A stretch of DNA of 64,000 nucleotides. Origin: Podarcis muralis. Lineage: Eukaryota. Under the pieces are notes generated by a model. That model saw nothing but the letters and a program-made list of their open reading frames with translations. It did no database searches and had not been told where the DNA came from. This document shows positions 1 through 12,400 of the stretch, one piece after another (the first letter of the stretch is position 1; each line of letters starts with the position of its first letter). The DNA lies in the NCBI RefSeq assembly GCF_964188315.1, contig NC_135657.1, positions 76,074,001-76,138,000 of the forward strand, read 5' to 3'. A program made the position numbers and the translations under genes.

Positions 1-180
1 AGAAACGTGCTAAGAGGAAAGCACGTTTGGCAAACCCTCACTGTGATCAACCTATGTCCCCACTGTGGAAAGACGTGTGGATTCAGAATTGGCCACACAG
101 TTACTTACGGACTCACTAAGACCATGTTCATGGAAGACAATCTTATTTGGCTACGAGTGATCACCAAATAAGAGAAGAAG
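1..180 (+). mobile_element. 3' end of an RTE-clade LINE, cut by the window start
   Basis: TGTCCCCACTGTGGAAAGACGTGTGG...CACTTACGGACTCA (C-terminal CPHCG motif region) ending in an AGAAGAAG tail; matches the recalled squamate RTE 3' end. Confidence 0.7.
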
Positions 181-519
181 CTAAACATGTGTTGGACCAC
201 CCTGTCTGCTGGCAAGCTCTTCCTAATACTGTTGTAGGATGCAACAATATCATTGGGCAGTTGTTTTATGGCATAATAAGTGCATCCTTGTATTAATACA
301 TTATGTTCAGGGAACAGGGAAAAACTAAAAATGAATGGCCCAGATCTATAAATGTCCATGTGCAACAAAGCATAGTTGTAGAACTACTGCTTTGAAGAGA
401 AGTGGCTGGAGAAGTGGAATTAAATCTATATTGCACATCAAGCAGAGACTAGGGCTACTGAGCAGAACACACTGCATTATTTTAACACCAGTCAGTATAT
501 GAAAGGCTATCTGAAAGCC

Positions 520-640
520 ATCAGAGTAGCATAGTTGGTAATGAGACTCTTAATCTAATGGGTCATGGGTTTGAGCCCTATGTTGGGCAAAAGATTCCTG
601 CATTGCAGCCAGTTGGATTTGATGATCTCCTTCCAACCAA
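520..640 (+). mobile_element. Degenerate tRNA-Lys(CTT)-derived SINE with CR1-like tail
   Basis: ATGAGACTCTTAATCT..GGGTCATGGGTTTGAGCCCTATGTTGGGC resembles the tRNA-Lys-CTT 3' half. It runs into AAAAGATTCCTGCATTGCAG, which also occurs in the CR1 tail near 8120. Confidence 0.65.
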
Positions 641-795
641 AGGAGCCAACTTCTATTGGCCAATGTCCCTTCGCCTCCCAATAAAATATTTGAGGGAGCC
701 AGCCCGCCCACCCCAAATTGATAAGCACTGCCATTCAAATGGTGGGTGGGTGCAGCATCTTGTGATCAATATTTTATTCAAGTTGGCATCCCTGC
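625..795 (-). mobile_element. hAT-type MITE, same family as 2450-2624
   Basis: The reverse complement begins CAGGGATGCCAACTTGAATAAAATATTG and ends GAAGTTGGCTCC, paralleling the copy at 2450. Confidence 0.55.
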
Positions 796-867
796 TTCCA
801 ACTTTCCAATTCTATGCTTCTGTGATTCTGCGGCCCTGTCTGGGTTGTGTGTCCCTTTACTACCATG

Positions 868-1012
868 CATAGATGCCAACTCCCTAGGAGCACCCACAAA
901 ATTCCCCATAAAGGGGCCGGGCATCCACAAATTTTGGTGCCTGGGCCATGCACGCTGCATGGCACCCATGGCCCTGAGCAGCTGCGCTCAAAGGGCCAAG
1001 TTGGCACTCCTG
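868..1012. mobile_element. hAT-type MITE
   Basis: Termini CATAGATGCCAACT / AGTTGGCACTCCTG. The flanking 8-mers CTACCATG and CTACCACA are both explicable as CpG decay of a CTACCACG TSD. Confidence 0.6.
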
Positions 1013-1199
1013 CTACCACACCCTAATTTTACCTCACAACTGAGATACTGAGATCGCTTTCGGCCACATCGCTATTGGGTTGGTGGGCAAAGCTATGACC
1101 ATGTGGCCTGTTCTTCTGAGCGTGAAAATTGCAATTAACAACTAAAAAAAAAAAGTTTATGTACTTCCAAAAACACTGGCTGATTTTTTTGTTTTGTTT

Positions 1200-2250
1200 T
1201 GTTCGCTAAGCCACCGCAACGCCTGGGGTTTCTCTGGCTGGCGACAGGCAAGAGACCCATCGTCCTTCCTTCCTTGGACTCTTCTCTTGGGCACCTTCCC
1301 CCTCCCCTCCATGGCAGAAAAAGCCAGCCAGGCTCCGGCTCCGCTTCTCACGACACCGAGCCGGCCGCTCTTCTGCGCCAAAGGCAGCGTTTACAGCTGC
1401 GGCAAGAAGAGGCCCGCGCGCCTCGGAAGGAGCCTCGCGCCGTCCAGGGAAGACGGAGAGAGAGGCAGAGAGCGCGCCGGCTCGCTTGCGCGCGACGCTC
1501 GGGCGCCCTGCCAGCCTCCGCCCACCCGGGCCCCTTGGCTCCGCCCCGGGAGCTGGCGACGCCGGCGACTCGTTCATCTCGCCCAGGAGCGAGGCTGGGG
1601 CGGGAGGGGGAGCGGGCAGGTTCCTTCTGCCTTCCGCGAGCAGCTGTCTCGCCCGGATAGGCTCGCGGAGCGAATGGGGCGGCTGCGCTGAGGAGGGGTC
1701 GGCGGCTGCGTGGGTGGATGGGAGTGGGGGGAAAGGCGGGCTGGGCTGAGGGGTAAACCCAGCCAGAGAGAGAGAGAGAGACCCCGCTCCAGCTCGCAGG
1801 CGATGCTCCTCACTTGCTGCCTTGGCCGTCTCCTCCTCCCCCCGTCTTGGAAGCTTTTGTTCTTCTCTCCACTTTGGGGCAGAGGCGAAGTGCTGCAGCC
1901 GCCGCCGCCGCCGCCGAAGCCTCGGCTTCCCAGGTCTCTTGTCCGCCAGGAAAGTTCCCGGAGGCAGCAGCCCTCGACTCGCGCCTCCGCCTGCCCAGGA
2001 CCGGGGCTTGTTATTGTTGTTTGGAGGTGAGGTTAAATCTCAGGGGGAAGAGGAGGAGGTTGGATGGGCAGGAGCAGATGGAGCCGCGTGTGGCTCCCTG
2101 GAGCGGGGCTGCGAACGGAGCGAGGGCGAGGGGCTCGAGCGAAACCTCGCCGCGATTCGGAGATGCTGGACTTGGGATCCTGCCCTCCTCCCCCTCCTCG
2201 CTCCCGACTTCATATCTTAGAGCACATGCTGCTAGGGGGTAGGGGAGGGG
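1200..2250 (+). promoter_or_regulatory. GPR63: CpG island: probable GPR63 promoter and non-coding first exon
   Basis: Abrupt GC/CpG-rich block in AT-rich DNA about 15 kb upstream of the coding exon. Contains (GA)n near 1765, (GCC)6 at 1898-1915 and G-runs. Exact TSS and donor site are not resolvable from sequence. Confidence 0.7.
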
Positions 2251-2449
2251 AGGTTGGATGTGATCTAGATACTCCTCCATCACCTTAAAGGGTAGATCTC
2301 TCCCCGCAGCTCTTTCAGTGCATTCTTGGGGGGGGGGGAGTAGAGATGGGGATGCACGTTGGTGATGGTGAGTGTGAAATGAAGGGAGCCTTGGATTTAC
2401 CAGTGTGCGCGCACATATATTTATACATATACATCCACACAGACACAGA

Positions 2450-2624
2450 CAGGGTGCCAACTTGAACAAAATATTGGGGGGGGGGAGGTAAGCCCTGCCC
2501 TGCATAATCAATCACAAGACCCGTTTGAATGGCAATGCCCTTCAACTTGGGGTGGTGGTGGCCCCCTCTAATATTTTATTGGGGGGGGCGAAGACCTCTC
2601 AGCCCTTAGGAGTTGGCTCCTATG
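2450..2624 (+). mobile_element. hAT-type MITE lacking a matching TSD
   Basis: Termini CAGGGTGCCAACT / AGTTGGCTCCTATG. The flanks GACACAGA and TATTCTGA do not match. Confidence 0.55.
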
Positions 2625-5033
2625 TATTCTGACTACAGAACCAAGGGATGGTATATATATATATATATATATGTATGGTGGTGCTATATGGATGGATGTG
2701 TGTTGTTTTGCAAGGTGCCAGAGTACTTTTTGAAAACCAGGAACCCAAATTAGGACCAGATGGATTCCATTGCCTTAATTTATAAAATCAGAGGTCTGCA
2801 GTAAGTCCTAGATGTATTGAGGACTGACGCCTCAGACTTCGGCTTTGGCCTTTAATTAATTAATTCCTGCTAAACCCTCCCTGTCTCAAATTAAACTTTG
2901 TCTAAAACACCAAGGGCAACTGCAGCATCCTTGGCAGTGATTAAAGAATTGGTGTGTTTAAGTCATTCGGGCACATTAGTTATTCCTTAATACACTTTCA
3001 CTATCCTCTGTTGCTACAATCAGAGTTATTAGAACCAGAGTGGTAGGGAATTGCATGATTCAGATTTAAACCACATTCCCCCCGCCCCCGTGTGTCCTCC
3101 ATGTTGGTATTCTGACTACAGAACCAAGGGATGGTATTTAGAAGTGAAATGATATTACTGTATGTACAAACTTACTGTTATGTGGTGGGTTAATAAGGGC
3201 TTTCAAACTTCACATACTTATGCTGGCTTTCCTGAAGTGGTAAAATATTGAATCCTGGTTAAAAGGAGAGGAAGTCCTTCACTTCTGAATATATGAGGTC
3301 CCTTAACCACATTTTTAAAAGCTGTTAAAAAGAGCTATAACAGAACAGTTTTATATTTTATATATATAAATAAAATACACACACACACACACAAAACATC
3401 TGTATGTTGCTCCATAACATGAAGTTCTCTGGGCAGCTACAATAAATAAGGAGCAGTTTTTTTCACTGGACAGTGTTCAGTGGGACTTACTCCAGTGTAA
3501 GTGTGTAACCTGGGAGTAAGTCTCACTGAGCTTATGCATGTATGGACATGTAATGTAAAGCACTAATTTATTTCCTTAGTATGTGTTAAGTTTATCTTGT
3601 TTTTCTCCTCCCTTTCAGTTTCTGACAGTTAAATCTGGGTTGACTTTATAGCCATGCATTCTGATTATTGAAAGGGGACTGTTTTTGTAGTCATTTGTCG
3701 GTAAATGTGAGGGGGGGGGTGTTGGCAACTGCTTATAGGGTGAAATACGTATATTTTAGGAGGGCTGTAATTCAGGTAGGTGGTGAAGGCTCCCTGCCAT
3801 CTTGTAAGGGAAAGTAAATTCACGGCTAAAATGTAAATGGTTGATTTGCTGGTAACTTCAGAACCAGGGTACTTCAGCTGAATTCAACAGGACATGCAGT
3901 TTGATGTGCTTCAATCTAACCCTGTGAATGGTAATTTGGGAGCCCTATTTAGGATGTATGTTTCTTGCAAGTATGTCTTGCAGTGTAACTCTAGCCGGTG
4001 TGCATGCTACTGTATGTAATGTTAGAACATTTGAATGGTTCTGTATTTCCTTATTGCAAAGCTTTTTTTGGGTGGCAGCGTGGTTTGTGATGCCAGAATG
4101 AACGCAGTTCAAGTGTACACTACTTGCATATCACCACCTGTAAGTTAGTTATTTCTTAGAGTGTGTTGCTGCCTGAATTCATCCTTAGAGAGTTGAAATT
4201 CTACTGCAGCTTGCTAAAGCTGTAAATTCTGCAATGACTAAGGCCACGTATAACAGGTAGGCTCTTTGATTAGGCAAACTAGTGAGCATATGCTTTTCTG
4301 TGTAGTGTACCTTTTCTGCCTTAATATTTTGGTATGGGTAATAACTTTTAGGAAAAGAGTTTACTCGCATTCTTTGTACTGAGATACTTCATGGAGATAA
4401 ATAAAAGGCAACTTGTGAAAGCAACAATATTACTTTTTGCAGAACTGTGTTTTAATTTAAAGCATCCCTCCAGAGTTTCTAACTCACCAAATCAGGTGCA
4501 GCTTACCAGCCACGTGACCTCAGGGAGGCAACAAAACTTGGTGGGTTTTATCAAGCACTTGGTAGGATGCCTATGTGGCTGCTAGGCTGCATTAGGCCTT
4601 GTGGGTTGCAAGTGGTACAGGCATGTCAGAACAGCTCACTCCTGCTTTGTCATGAAGACTGCAGTGTGCATTCCCAAGAGGAATGTGGAAAAGTTATTCT
4701 CTTCAACTCTTTTTTTATATATTACGTTTTATTAAGTTTCCAGGCTGCGGAGTTCATGACAAACTGTGTAGTAAAGAGAGAATGAGGCACTGATATAGTG
4801 TAGATTACTGCATTAAAACCACTTTTGAAGTGCTCTCTGGATGGGATTACTTCCAAACAAGTAGCTACGGAATTACAGCTTTTTTTTTTCATAGATAGGC
4901 TGTGTCTGGATCTCTCTTTAATAAGTGAGATAGATATTTCCAATGTTACTTTGAAAAGCCATCCAGTGTGCCTACAGTATGTAACTTTCCCTGTTGCACA
5001 CATTCCAAATAATGCTTATTGCTTTGAGAGATG

Positions 5034-5425
5034 CAGGGGCGTATGAAGTGTGGGGCGGAGGGGGTGGGTTGCCCCGGGTGCCACTCTGGTGTGTGTGTGT
5101 GTGTGACAAGATGGCCCCTGCTTCCCCGCAGCTGTAGAGAGGCCGAGGGTGTGAGCAGTCAGTATGGGCGCTGCTTGTGCGGTGTCTGTATGGGCTGCCG
5201 CTCTCTTGCGCCACCCATGTGGGCATCCATACGGGCTGCCTCTCACATAGCGACCGTATGGGCTGCTGCTCTCGCGCGCCATCCATACAGGCGTCTGTAT
5301 GGGCTGCCTCTTGCGCCACAGCCTGTATGGCTGGCGCACACGAGCGGCAGCCCATATGGAGTGTGCATGTGCGGCAGCCCATATGGACGTTGTGTGTGCA
5401 TCACTGGGCGGTTCCTCCGCCACTA
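5034..5425. mobile_element. Non-autonomous hAT element with internal motif array
   Basis: Perfect 8-bp TSD GAGAGATG (5026-5033, 5426-5433). Imperfect TIR CAGGGGCGTA / TCCGCCACTA. About 8 internal copies of TATGGGCTGCC. Confidence 0.75.
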
Positions 5426-5937
5426 GAGAGATGGGCAAGTTACTAAAGTGTATGACAGCATTTCAGCCTATGTATAAGTGCCAGTAGAACATTGTTAAAT
5501 TTGGAAATTTTACTTCTTTAAATCATTCAGTAGCATTTTTCATACTTTTATATATCACAGTTATTTTAGCAATGCGAGCAAGAGTTTGAAATCTTAAGTG
5601 GGACCTTACTCCCATGTGAGGTGTTTAGGATTGGGATATGAAGATTTAGTTTACCTGAATGCTTGTCCCAGTTGCCATGACTTCATTGTAGGTTGTTCAG
5701 TGAGTTGTTTCTGACTTGATGATGTAGTATTAAAACGGTTAATTTTAACTGGTGGAAGGACAGGGCTAGCTAGCATGATCCCAGTCTGTGTTAGTGTGCT
5801 ATTAGAGTAGCCTTAGGTAAAGATCTCTTTTCCATGAGAGTTTATCCTTCAGTAAAGAAGTGCAAACATTCCTACAATAAGTCTGGCTACGAGTCTCAAA
5901 GTATGCTCCTTGCTAGTGTTTAACAAGCTATTTGCTT

Positions 5938-5939
<2 letters not shown>

Positions 5940-5981
<42 letters not shown>

Positions 5982-6070
5982 TTATTATTTATACCCCGCC
6001 CATCTCCCATCTTGCTGAGTTTCCCCAGCCACTCTGGGCGGCTCCCAATCAAGTGTTAAACACAGTACAG
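5940..6070 (-). mobile_element. L2 LINE 3' tail with (ATT)n microsatellite
   Basis: (AAT)n at 5940-5981 followed by ATACCCCGCCCATCT...CCCCAGCCACTCTGGGCGGCTCCCAA, the reverse complement of the L2 tail at 27010-27108. Confidence 0.7.
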
Positions 6071-7049
6071 CGTTACATATTAAAAGCTTCTCCTGAAAAT
6101 TATAGGATCTGTCACCTTGTATAGCTGTATGTAGTCATAACGTTGCCCCCACTTTGGGGCTGTGTCGCTGCTATAAAATAATAATAAACTCTTGGGTTCC
6201 CAATACCAAAAAAGAGGAAGCTTACACACACAGGAGATGCACAAAAACATTTCAGGCAATATTTAAACCAGAAATGGGAACCTGTGGCCTCCTGGCATTC
6301 TTGGACTCTAACTTGCATCACCCTGACTTTTTGCCAAGTGGACTGGCATTGCTGGAGTTGGAGTCCAACAGCCTTAGGCGCTAACATCTAAAAGCAATAT
6401 GCTGAGTATTCAACTCAGCAGTTTTCTGGTTGGACAGTAATATGCAGATTTTTTCAAAACTACCAAATTTTCACCCACAACCTTTTATCTTGGAAACATC
6501 CCCGCTGCTTGTCTTAGTAGCTTCTGTGTATGGGCCAAACATTCACTTTCATCCTCAAAAAGGAGACCCTTGCGCAACACTCATTTATTTTGAGTTTCTT
6601 TAGCTTGTGCAGGAGAACTTCCTGGACGACTGCACTCTTTGCCAGTACTTTGGCCGTTATCAAGTACATATTCAGAGATTCAAGTGTTGAGTACCATGAG
6701 TATTCAAACTTGTGTCCATTAACCTGCTTATTTTGTACAGTAGCCAAACGTTAGCATTCATCAATGGATAAATGTTTTTTTAAACAGGCTAGTTGTCTTT
6801 TAGTCTATGGAATTAAAGTGAAACTCTTAATGGCATAAGAGGCCCTCAGGCCTTTTAAGTTAATAAAGTTTATAACCTTTCCAGACTTCCTGTTATGGAC
6901 TGTATAGCTGGCAGCTTGATTTGTGAAATGCAGAATAATCAACCATCCAGAAGTCTTAAAGACAAAGAACACTTGGGCTGCAAGTCTGAATCTCATTATA
7001 TGTATATTAGATTATACTGGAATCAGCAGGGTTTACACATAACAGAATA

Positions 7050-7291
7050 CAGTGGTAACTCAGGTTAAGAACTTAATTCCTTCTGCAGGTCTGTTCTTAA
7101 CCTGAAACTGTTCTTAACCTGAGGTACCACTTTAGCTAATGGGGCCTTCTGCTGTGGCTGCGCCACCGGAGCACGATTTCTGTTCTCATCCTGAAGCAAA
7201 GTTCTTAACCCGAGGTACTATTTCTGGGTTAGCGGAGTCTGTAACCTGAAGCGTCTGTAACCTGAAGCGTCTGTAACCCAAGGTACCACTG
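7050..7291. mobile_element. Tc1/mariner-type MITE, family A copy 1
   Basis: TA | CAGTGGTAACTCAGGTT ... AACCCAAGGTACCACTG | TA; 242 bp. Confidence 0.85.
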
Positions 7292-7897
7292 TATAGGACT
7301 CCAGTCATAAATTGTGGGCCAACAAATTAAAATGCCTTCTCCTTGACATTTTAGATTTGGAAGTGTGGGCGCTTTTTATTTTTTAAAAATAGGTTATTTA
7401 TAGCACTTGGATTCTGATGTTACATAGTACAGCAGAGGACTGTACCATATGCTTATGTGAATCATTGATTCACCTCTAAGACCTTATTAATGCAACCTTT
7501 TTGGTTTAATGCTTAATTCATCTCTGCTCCAGTTGTGTTCCAGAACTTTGTGCTGCCTAAGAATCTGTGTGGTTTTTTGACTCATCGGTTCAAGTATGGG
7601 ATGGCTGAACCTGGAAAGAAGGAATAGACTTTGTTCCTATGCTGGGTTTGAGAACTATACAGCTGCAGGAGTAATTTTTTTCTGGTGGGGCAGGAGGGAT
7701 GAGAGTTGCTTCTGAAGGAGTAGGAAATCTAATACTGACTCAGTAGGAAAAGACTTCATTGATTCCTTTTGGCTTTTGAAATGGATACCATGCTGTGAAG
7801 ATACAATATTACTAGTGCTTTTAGTATGGAGCTTAGTAATTCAGCCACAAAAGTGCTATGTGTGGAACTAGTTTCCAGATCCTTCATTTTTGCCTCT

Positions 7898-8193
7898 TAG
7901 AGCAAGCTTGTTTTCTCCTGCACCGGAGGGTAAGGACCTGAACCAATGGCTTCAAGTTACAAGGAAGGAGATTCTGACAAAACATCAGGAATGACTTTAT
8001 GATTCTAAGAGCTTGTTTGACAGTGGAACAGATGCCTTCAGAAGGTGGTGGACTCTCCTTCCTTGGAGGTTTCGAAGCAGAGGTTGGACGATCATCTGCA
8101 ATTGATGCTTAAGTTGAGATTCCTGCATTGCAGGAGGTTAGACTAGATGACGCTTGGGGTCACTCCCAGCTCTACAATTCTATGATTCCATGA
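7898..8193 (+). mobile_element. CR1 LINE 3' fragment
   Basis: AACCAATGGCTTCAAGTTACAAG ... GACTCTCCTTCCTTGGAGG ... ending ATTCTATGATTCCATGA, the characteristic CR1 octamer tail. Confidence 0.8.
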
Positions 8194-9204
8194 TAATAAC
8201 TTTAGTAAAATAACCATTCTAGTGTGCATAGGACATTTATTTTTATGTTTTTGATGAGGGTCTAATCATACAGCCACCATCTGCAGCCTCCAATGGTACA
8301 GTATAGGAGCAGTTTTACTATGCAATGAGCTTTTTTGTCTGGAGAGTGTCTCAGTAACTTATAATTGAAATAAATTGTAAATTATCCTAAATGGTACTAA
8401 ATCCCTAATGTAGCTGAATAGTTTAAAATACTTCTGCAAGAACAAATAAGTTCTGAGCTACTCTTCCATGAAATTATCTTTAGCCAATTTTAGGTTTTGT
8501 GTGTTTTACAAAAATGGCACAATAGCAATCAAGAGTAGGTTAGCTCCAGCTTTTTGTGGAACAAAGGCTTATCACCAGCTCTACCCAAATCCTATTTTAG
8601 CATCCATATGCAGAATATTCTGGTTAGCTTTGCTAACATGTTTTATGCTATAAGATTTACTGCCCCAAAATGCACTCTGAGTAGCTTCAGGCAGTCAAAA
8701 GAAGTGTTAGAAAGGAGCACAGGTGAGTTGTACCTTCTCTCATGCTTGCTTAAACCATCTGAAGCTGAGACTATGCACCTGCATCCATAGGATGATGATC
8801 AGATCACACAAACACACACTTATCTCATCATGAAAGATGGTGTGGGCTCACTTACAGATGTCCTAAACAAGAGCCAGTATGGATTTTCCAATCACTGCTG
8901 TTAGTTTGGAACACTGACTGGCATGTTTAGTTATAATTTTCTGCAGCTGACTCACAGTATGTGCTATACAGCAAGCTCCCACACCACCTTGAATCTGTGG
9001 TGATAGTGTAGGACTTTCTTCCCCCCTGCCCAGAGGCTCTGAATAGTCCTAGCCAATGACGACTCCTTACATTGCCAAATAGTTTTCTAAATTTGCTTCC
9101 ATATTTTTTTAAGCACCATCTCCCAGTTTATTTTTCTCCTTCCTGTCTCCATATATATATTGTACAGAGCTTTCTATATTTTATTTAAAGTTGCATTAAG
9201 ATTA

Positions 9205-9446
9205 CAGTGGTACCTCGGGTTAAGTACTTAATTTGTTCCGGAGGTCCGTACTTAACCTGAAACTGTTCTTAACCTGAAGCACCAGTTTAGCTAATGGGGC
9301 CTCCTCCTGCTGCCGTGCCGCCGGAGCACGATTTCTGTTCTCATCCTGAAGCAAAGTGCTTAACCCGAGGTAATATTTCTGGGTTAGCGGAGTCTGTAAC
9401 CTGAAGCGTATGTAACCTGAAGCATGTGTAACCTGAGCTACCACTG
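9205..9446. mobile_element. Tc1/mariner-type MITE, family A copy 2
   Basis: TA | CAGTGGTACCTCGGGTT ... AACCTGAGCTACCACTG | TA; 242 bp, collinear with copy 1. Confidence 0.85.
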
Positions 9447-12400
9447 TATGCAGAATTATGGTGTGATTTCTAAGTGTTAGGTGACATCTAGGATTTCCCC
9501 TTCCTGAATGAGGGTTAGGTTCACAAACAGGGTGCTTCTGTGAGTAGAAGCACTTTCATGAAGCAAAAATGTTGGATATCATCTAAAATGCTGAATGTGT
9601 ACTTACACTGGTTTTTCTTGTCTTAAGATAAGAATTGGGAATAGGCTGCAATGACCAATGCAGATTAAGTAAGGACACTCAGATGCAAACGTATTTGCGT
9701 CCTGCTACCAACTAAATTGCTTTCAGCATGAGTGTTTGAAAATGTGTTTCAATGTCCATATCCACATTCTGCTTCTACGGCTTGTGCAACCGTAACTAGT
9801 ACTGGATGTGGAATGACAATTTTCCAGTGACAGAAATGTCACTAAAAGAAAAGGAGAAAGAAATCCACACTGAAATGTAAAGGCAAAGTCTAGCGCTTGG
9901 AATGCTGTAAAGTGCAGGTGAGGGATTTATTTGCATTGCATTTTCAATCACAACCATTGAAAAATAAAAGCTTGATAGTCAGACCTTCTGACACCTACAC
10001 CAGCCAGGACATATGATGTCAGTCAAAGCTCTACCCACATGAACACAATAAAAATGGGATACCATAGGGAAAATTTACTGTGCCAGATTATCACAGAATT
10101 TAGAAAGTAGTGGAGGTGGAAAGCGTAAGATCTATTAATACCATGATAACCACCACAAATGAGCATAGGAGTGATGGATTTCAATACCTAGTCTGGTCTG
10201 GAATGAAGCAGGTGAAAAGGAAGTGCATTTGGTTATATGAACTTAAAGGAAGTAGACAATAGATGTAATTAAAAAGTGAAGGTGTTCTAGGGAGAGCCAG
10301 GGAGCTCTTTCCTGTCAAGGGCTGGATTTGCTAGGGGGAAATTATTATTCAGGGGTTGCATGCCACCAAAGGGAAGGATTCTTTAACCCTCTCTGCCAAC
10401 CCCTTTTTACTTTCCCTCTTAGTTTCATTGGGAACAGATTATTGTTGCCAGAAATCTGAACTGATCACTTGTGTTGACTCTCCGCCTCCCTGCACCCCTC
10501 CATCTGATTTTGCTCGCTTGTCCTCCTGGTTTTCCCATCCTTCCCTCTGGGTGCTCTTCCCACCCAAGTCTGCATGAAAGCCAAGGACCACATGTTCCCT
10601 GTCTCTGGGCCAGGGCAAGGAAAGTGACAGAAGATAGCATAGAAAAGGAGAAGAGCCTGCAAAAGCAAGTGGATTCAGAGATGGGTATAATGGCCGGGTT
10701 GGGCATTTTGTGTGTGTGGCTGATAGCAGTATCAGTCTTGACTGTGCCAAGCACAGCTACAGATGGCATAAATGAGGAATGGTGGAGAGGGACGAAGGAG
10801 CTGAAAGCAGATAAACACACATGGAAAGTGGGAAGGTGTGTGGGAGAGCTGTACAGATCCAAATCTGAAATAACAGTGAAACTAAGACTCTGAGACCAAG
10901 AGATTTGAGACTACTTTTACTTTACGTGGAGGCCTCCGTACTACATGGCCAACTGCTTTTGAAACTGAGGGAGTTTCAAAAGCTGGTTATGACATGTCTG
11001 TTCAAAGAAAACAGGCCCTTGTGTAAGCCTAATTAGTCCATTTTATCCCAAGTATGATCTGGAGAGCATTTGCTCTGTGTAATGCACTTATTCCTCATTT
11101 GCCGAGCAACTTGTCCAATTGTAGCCCATTGAAACAAGTGGGAAGGAGCTTCAAAAGTTTTGCTTTGTTAAATTACATTATTGTAACCTTCATTCTACAT
11201 CAAACTGAGGGCAGAAACCTCAAAATCTTTTGCTGTTTACTGTGTCTGGTGCCTAGCGTGCGTGTCTGGCAGAGACGGGTGCTCAAAATACTTTGAGCAA
11301 ACCTAAACTGGTAGCTATTTGATGTTTCAGTTGTGGGCTGAACATAATAAGCATTTTATATATAATAATCCAGGCTCTCTCCCCAATTATTTACAGCTAG
11401 CCACACTATTTGTTTTATTAGCGTGATTAATTACGTTAGTGACTTTGCATGAGTGGTAGTATAAATTCCTTTGTAGTCTATTTCTGGTGTAGATAGGAAC
11501 ATGGTTGTAAAATTTAGAAGCCTGTAGCCAGATGGATTAAAGTGTTGCTAAGGAAACAGACTTGGAAATGAAGTGGCAGCAGACTGTCCACAGAACATCA
11601 TGCTGTTTGGAACTGGTATTTTAGGTTCATGCAGATAGATAAAACAGAAGTATGAAATATTAATTTCCTGACTTTTTGAAAATACCATGTTAATTTTTAT
11701 TGCTCATTAATGTATACAAAGAACTCTACATGCTTTCCCTGTATCACAAAAAGTGAGAAGTCCACAGCAGTTTAAAGGGCACTCCAGTGGTTGGCCTCGT
11801 CTAGGTACAGATGTGGTCCATCACCTACTTAACTTAAGCAGTGATACGGGTCCCAGTTACATGTTTCTCAGGACTTGAGTGTTGAGTTGAAGAGCAGTGA
11901 TAGTCAGAATGTTAACAGAATTTAATTCATCTTGAAAACACAAGTGACGTTTGGATCTGTTTAGCAATGTTGGAAGATGGTGACTTGCTCAAGGGAACTT
12001 TGTGTCTTGCCAGATGATGGGTAACAGCTAAATTATACATTTTTTTAAAAATGAGGGATCAACCATTGCACATTTTTTTGCTCCCAGCAGTCTTAGATGC
12101 AATCTGAAACCTGTTTAGCACCTAAGAGAGCCTAATATGCATTTCTACTACTTTCTCCCAAATTCCATCTGTAGACTGACTAAATGCAGATTACGTGAGT
12201 TCAATGTCAACTGACATTTTTCTCCCTTGCTTGGTTTACCACCAAGCTTGGTGAAATGTTCTGGAGCTCAAAAACTTGCACATTATTTTGTGTCATTATG
12301 GGTTGGTTATCAGGCAACCCCCCCCCCAAACAGTGTGCAAGGGTTTGAGTTTGGGCCAATGTGGCTTATGGGAATCTTTCCTGTAAGCCAACATGTCTAC

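Noticed and set aside
1-500. 3' end of NDUFAF4
   Set aside because: The sequence is an RTE tail plus AT-rich DNA, with no NDUFAF4-like peptide.
520-590. tRNA-Lys gene
   Set aside because: The D-arm and stems are disrupted and it continues into a CR1-like tail, so it is a SINE head.
1157-2545. Many overlapping 75-166 aa ORFs on both strands
   Set aside because: Expected from stop-codon scarcity in a CpG island. They are R/G/P/A-rich with no recognisable domain.
4972-5487. 130-140 aa ORFs with repeated peptides
   Set aside because: They coincide with the motif array of a TSD-bounded hAT derivative.
10425-10893. Opposing 145-aa and 140-aa ORFs
   Set aside because: No recognisable homology and no convincing splice or start context.
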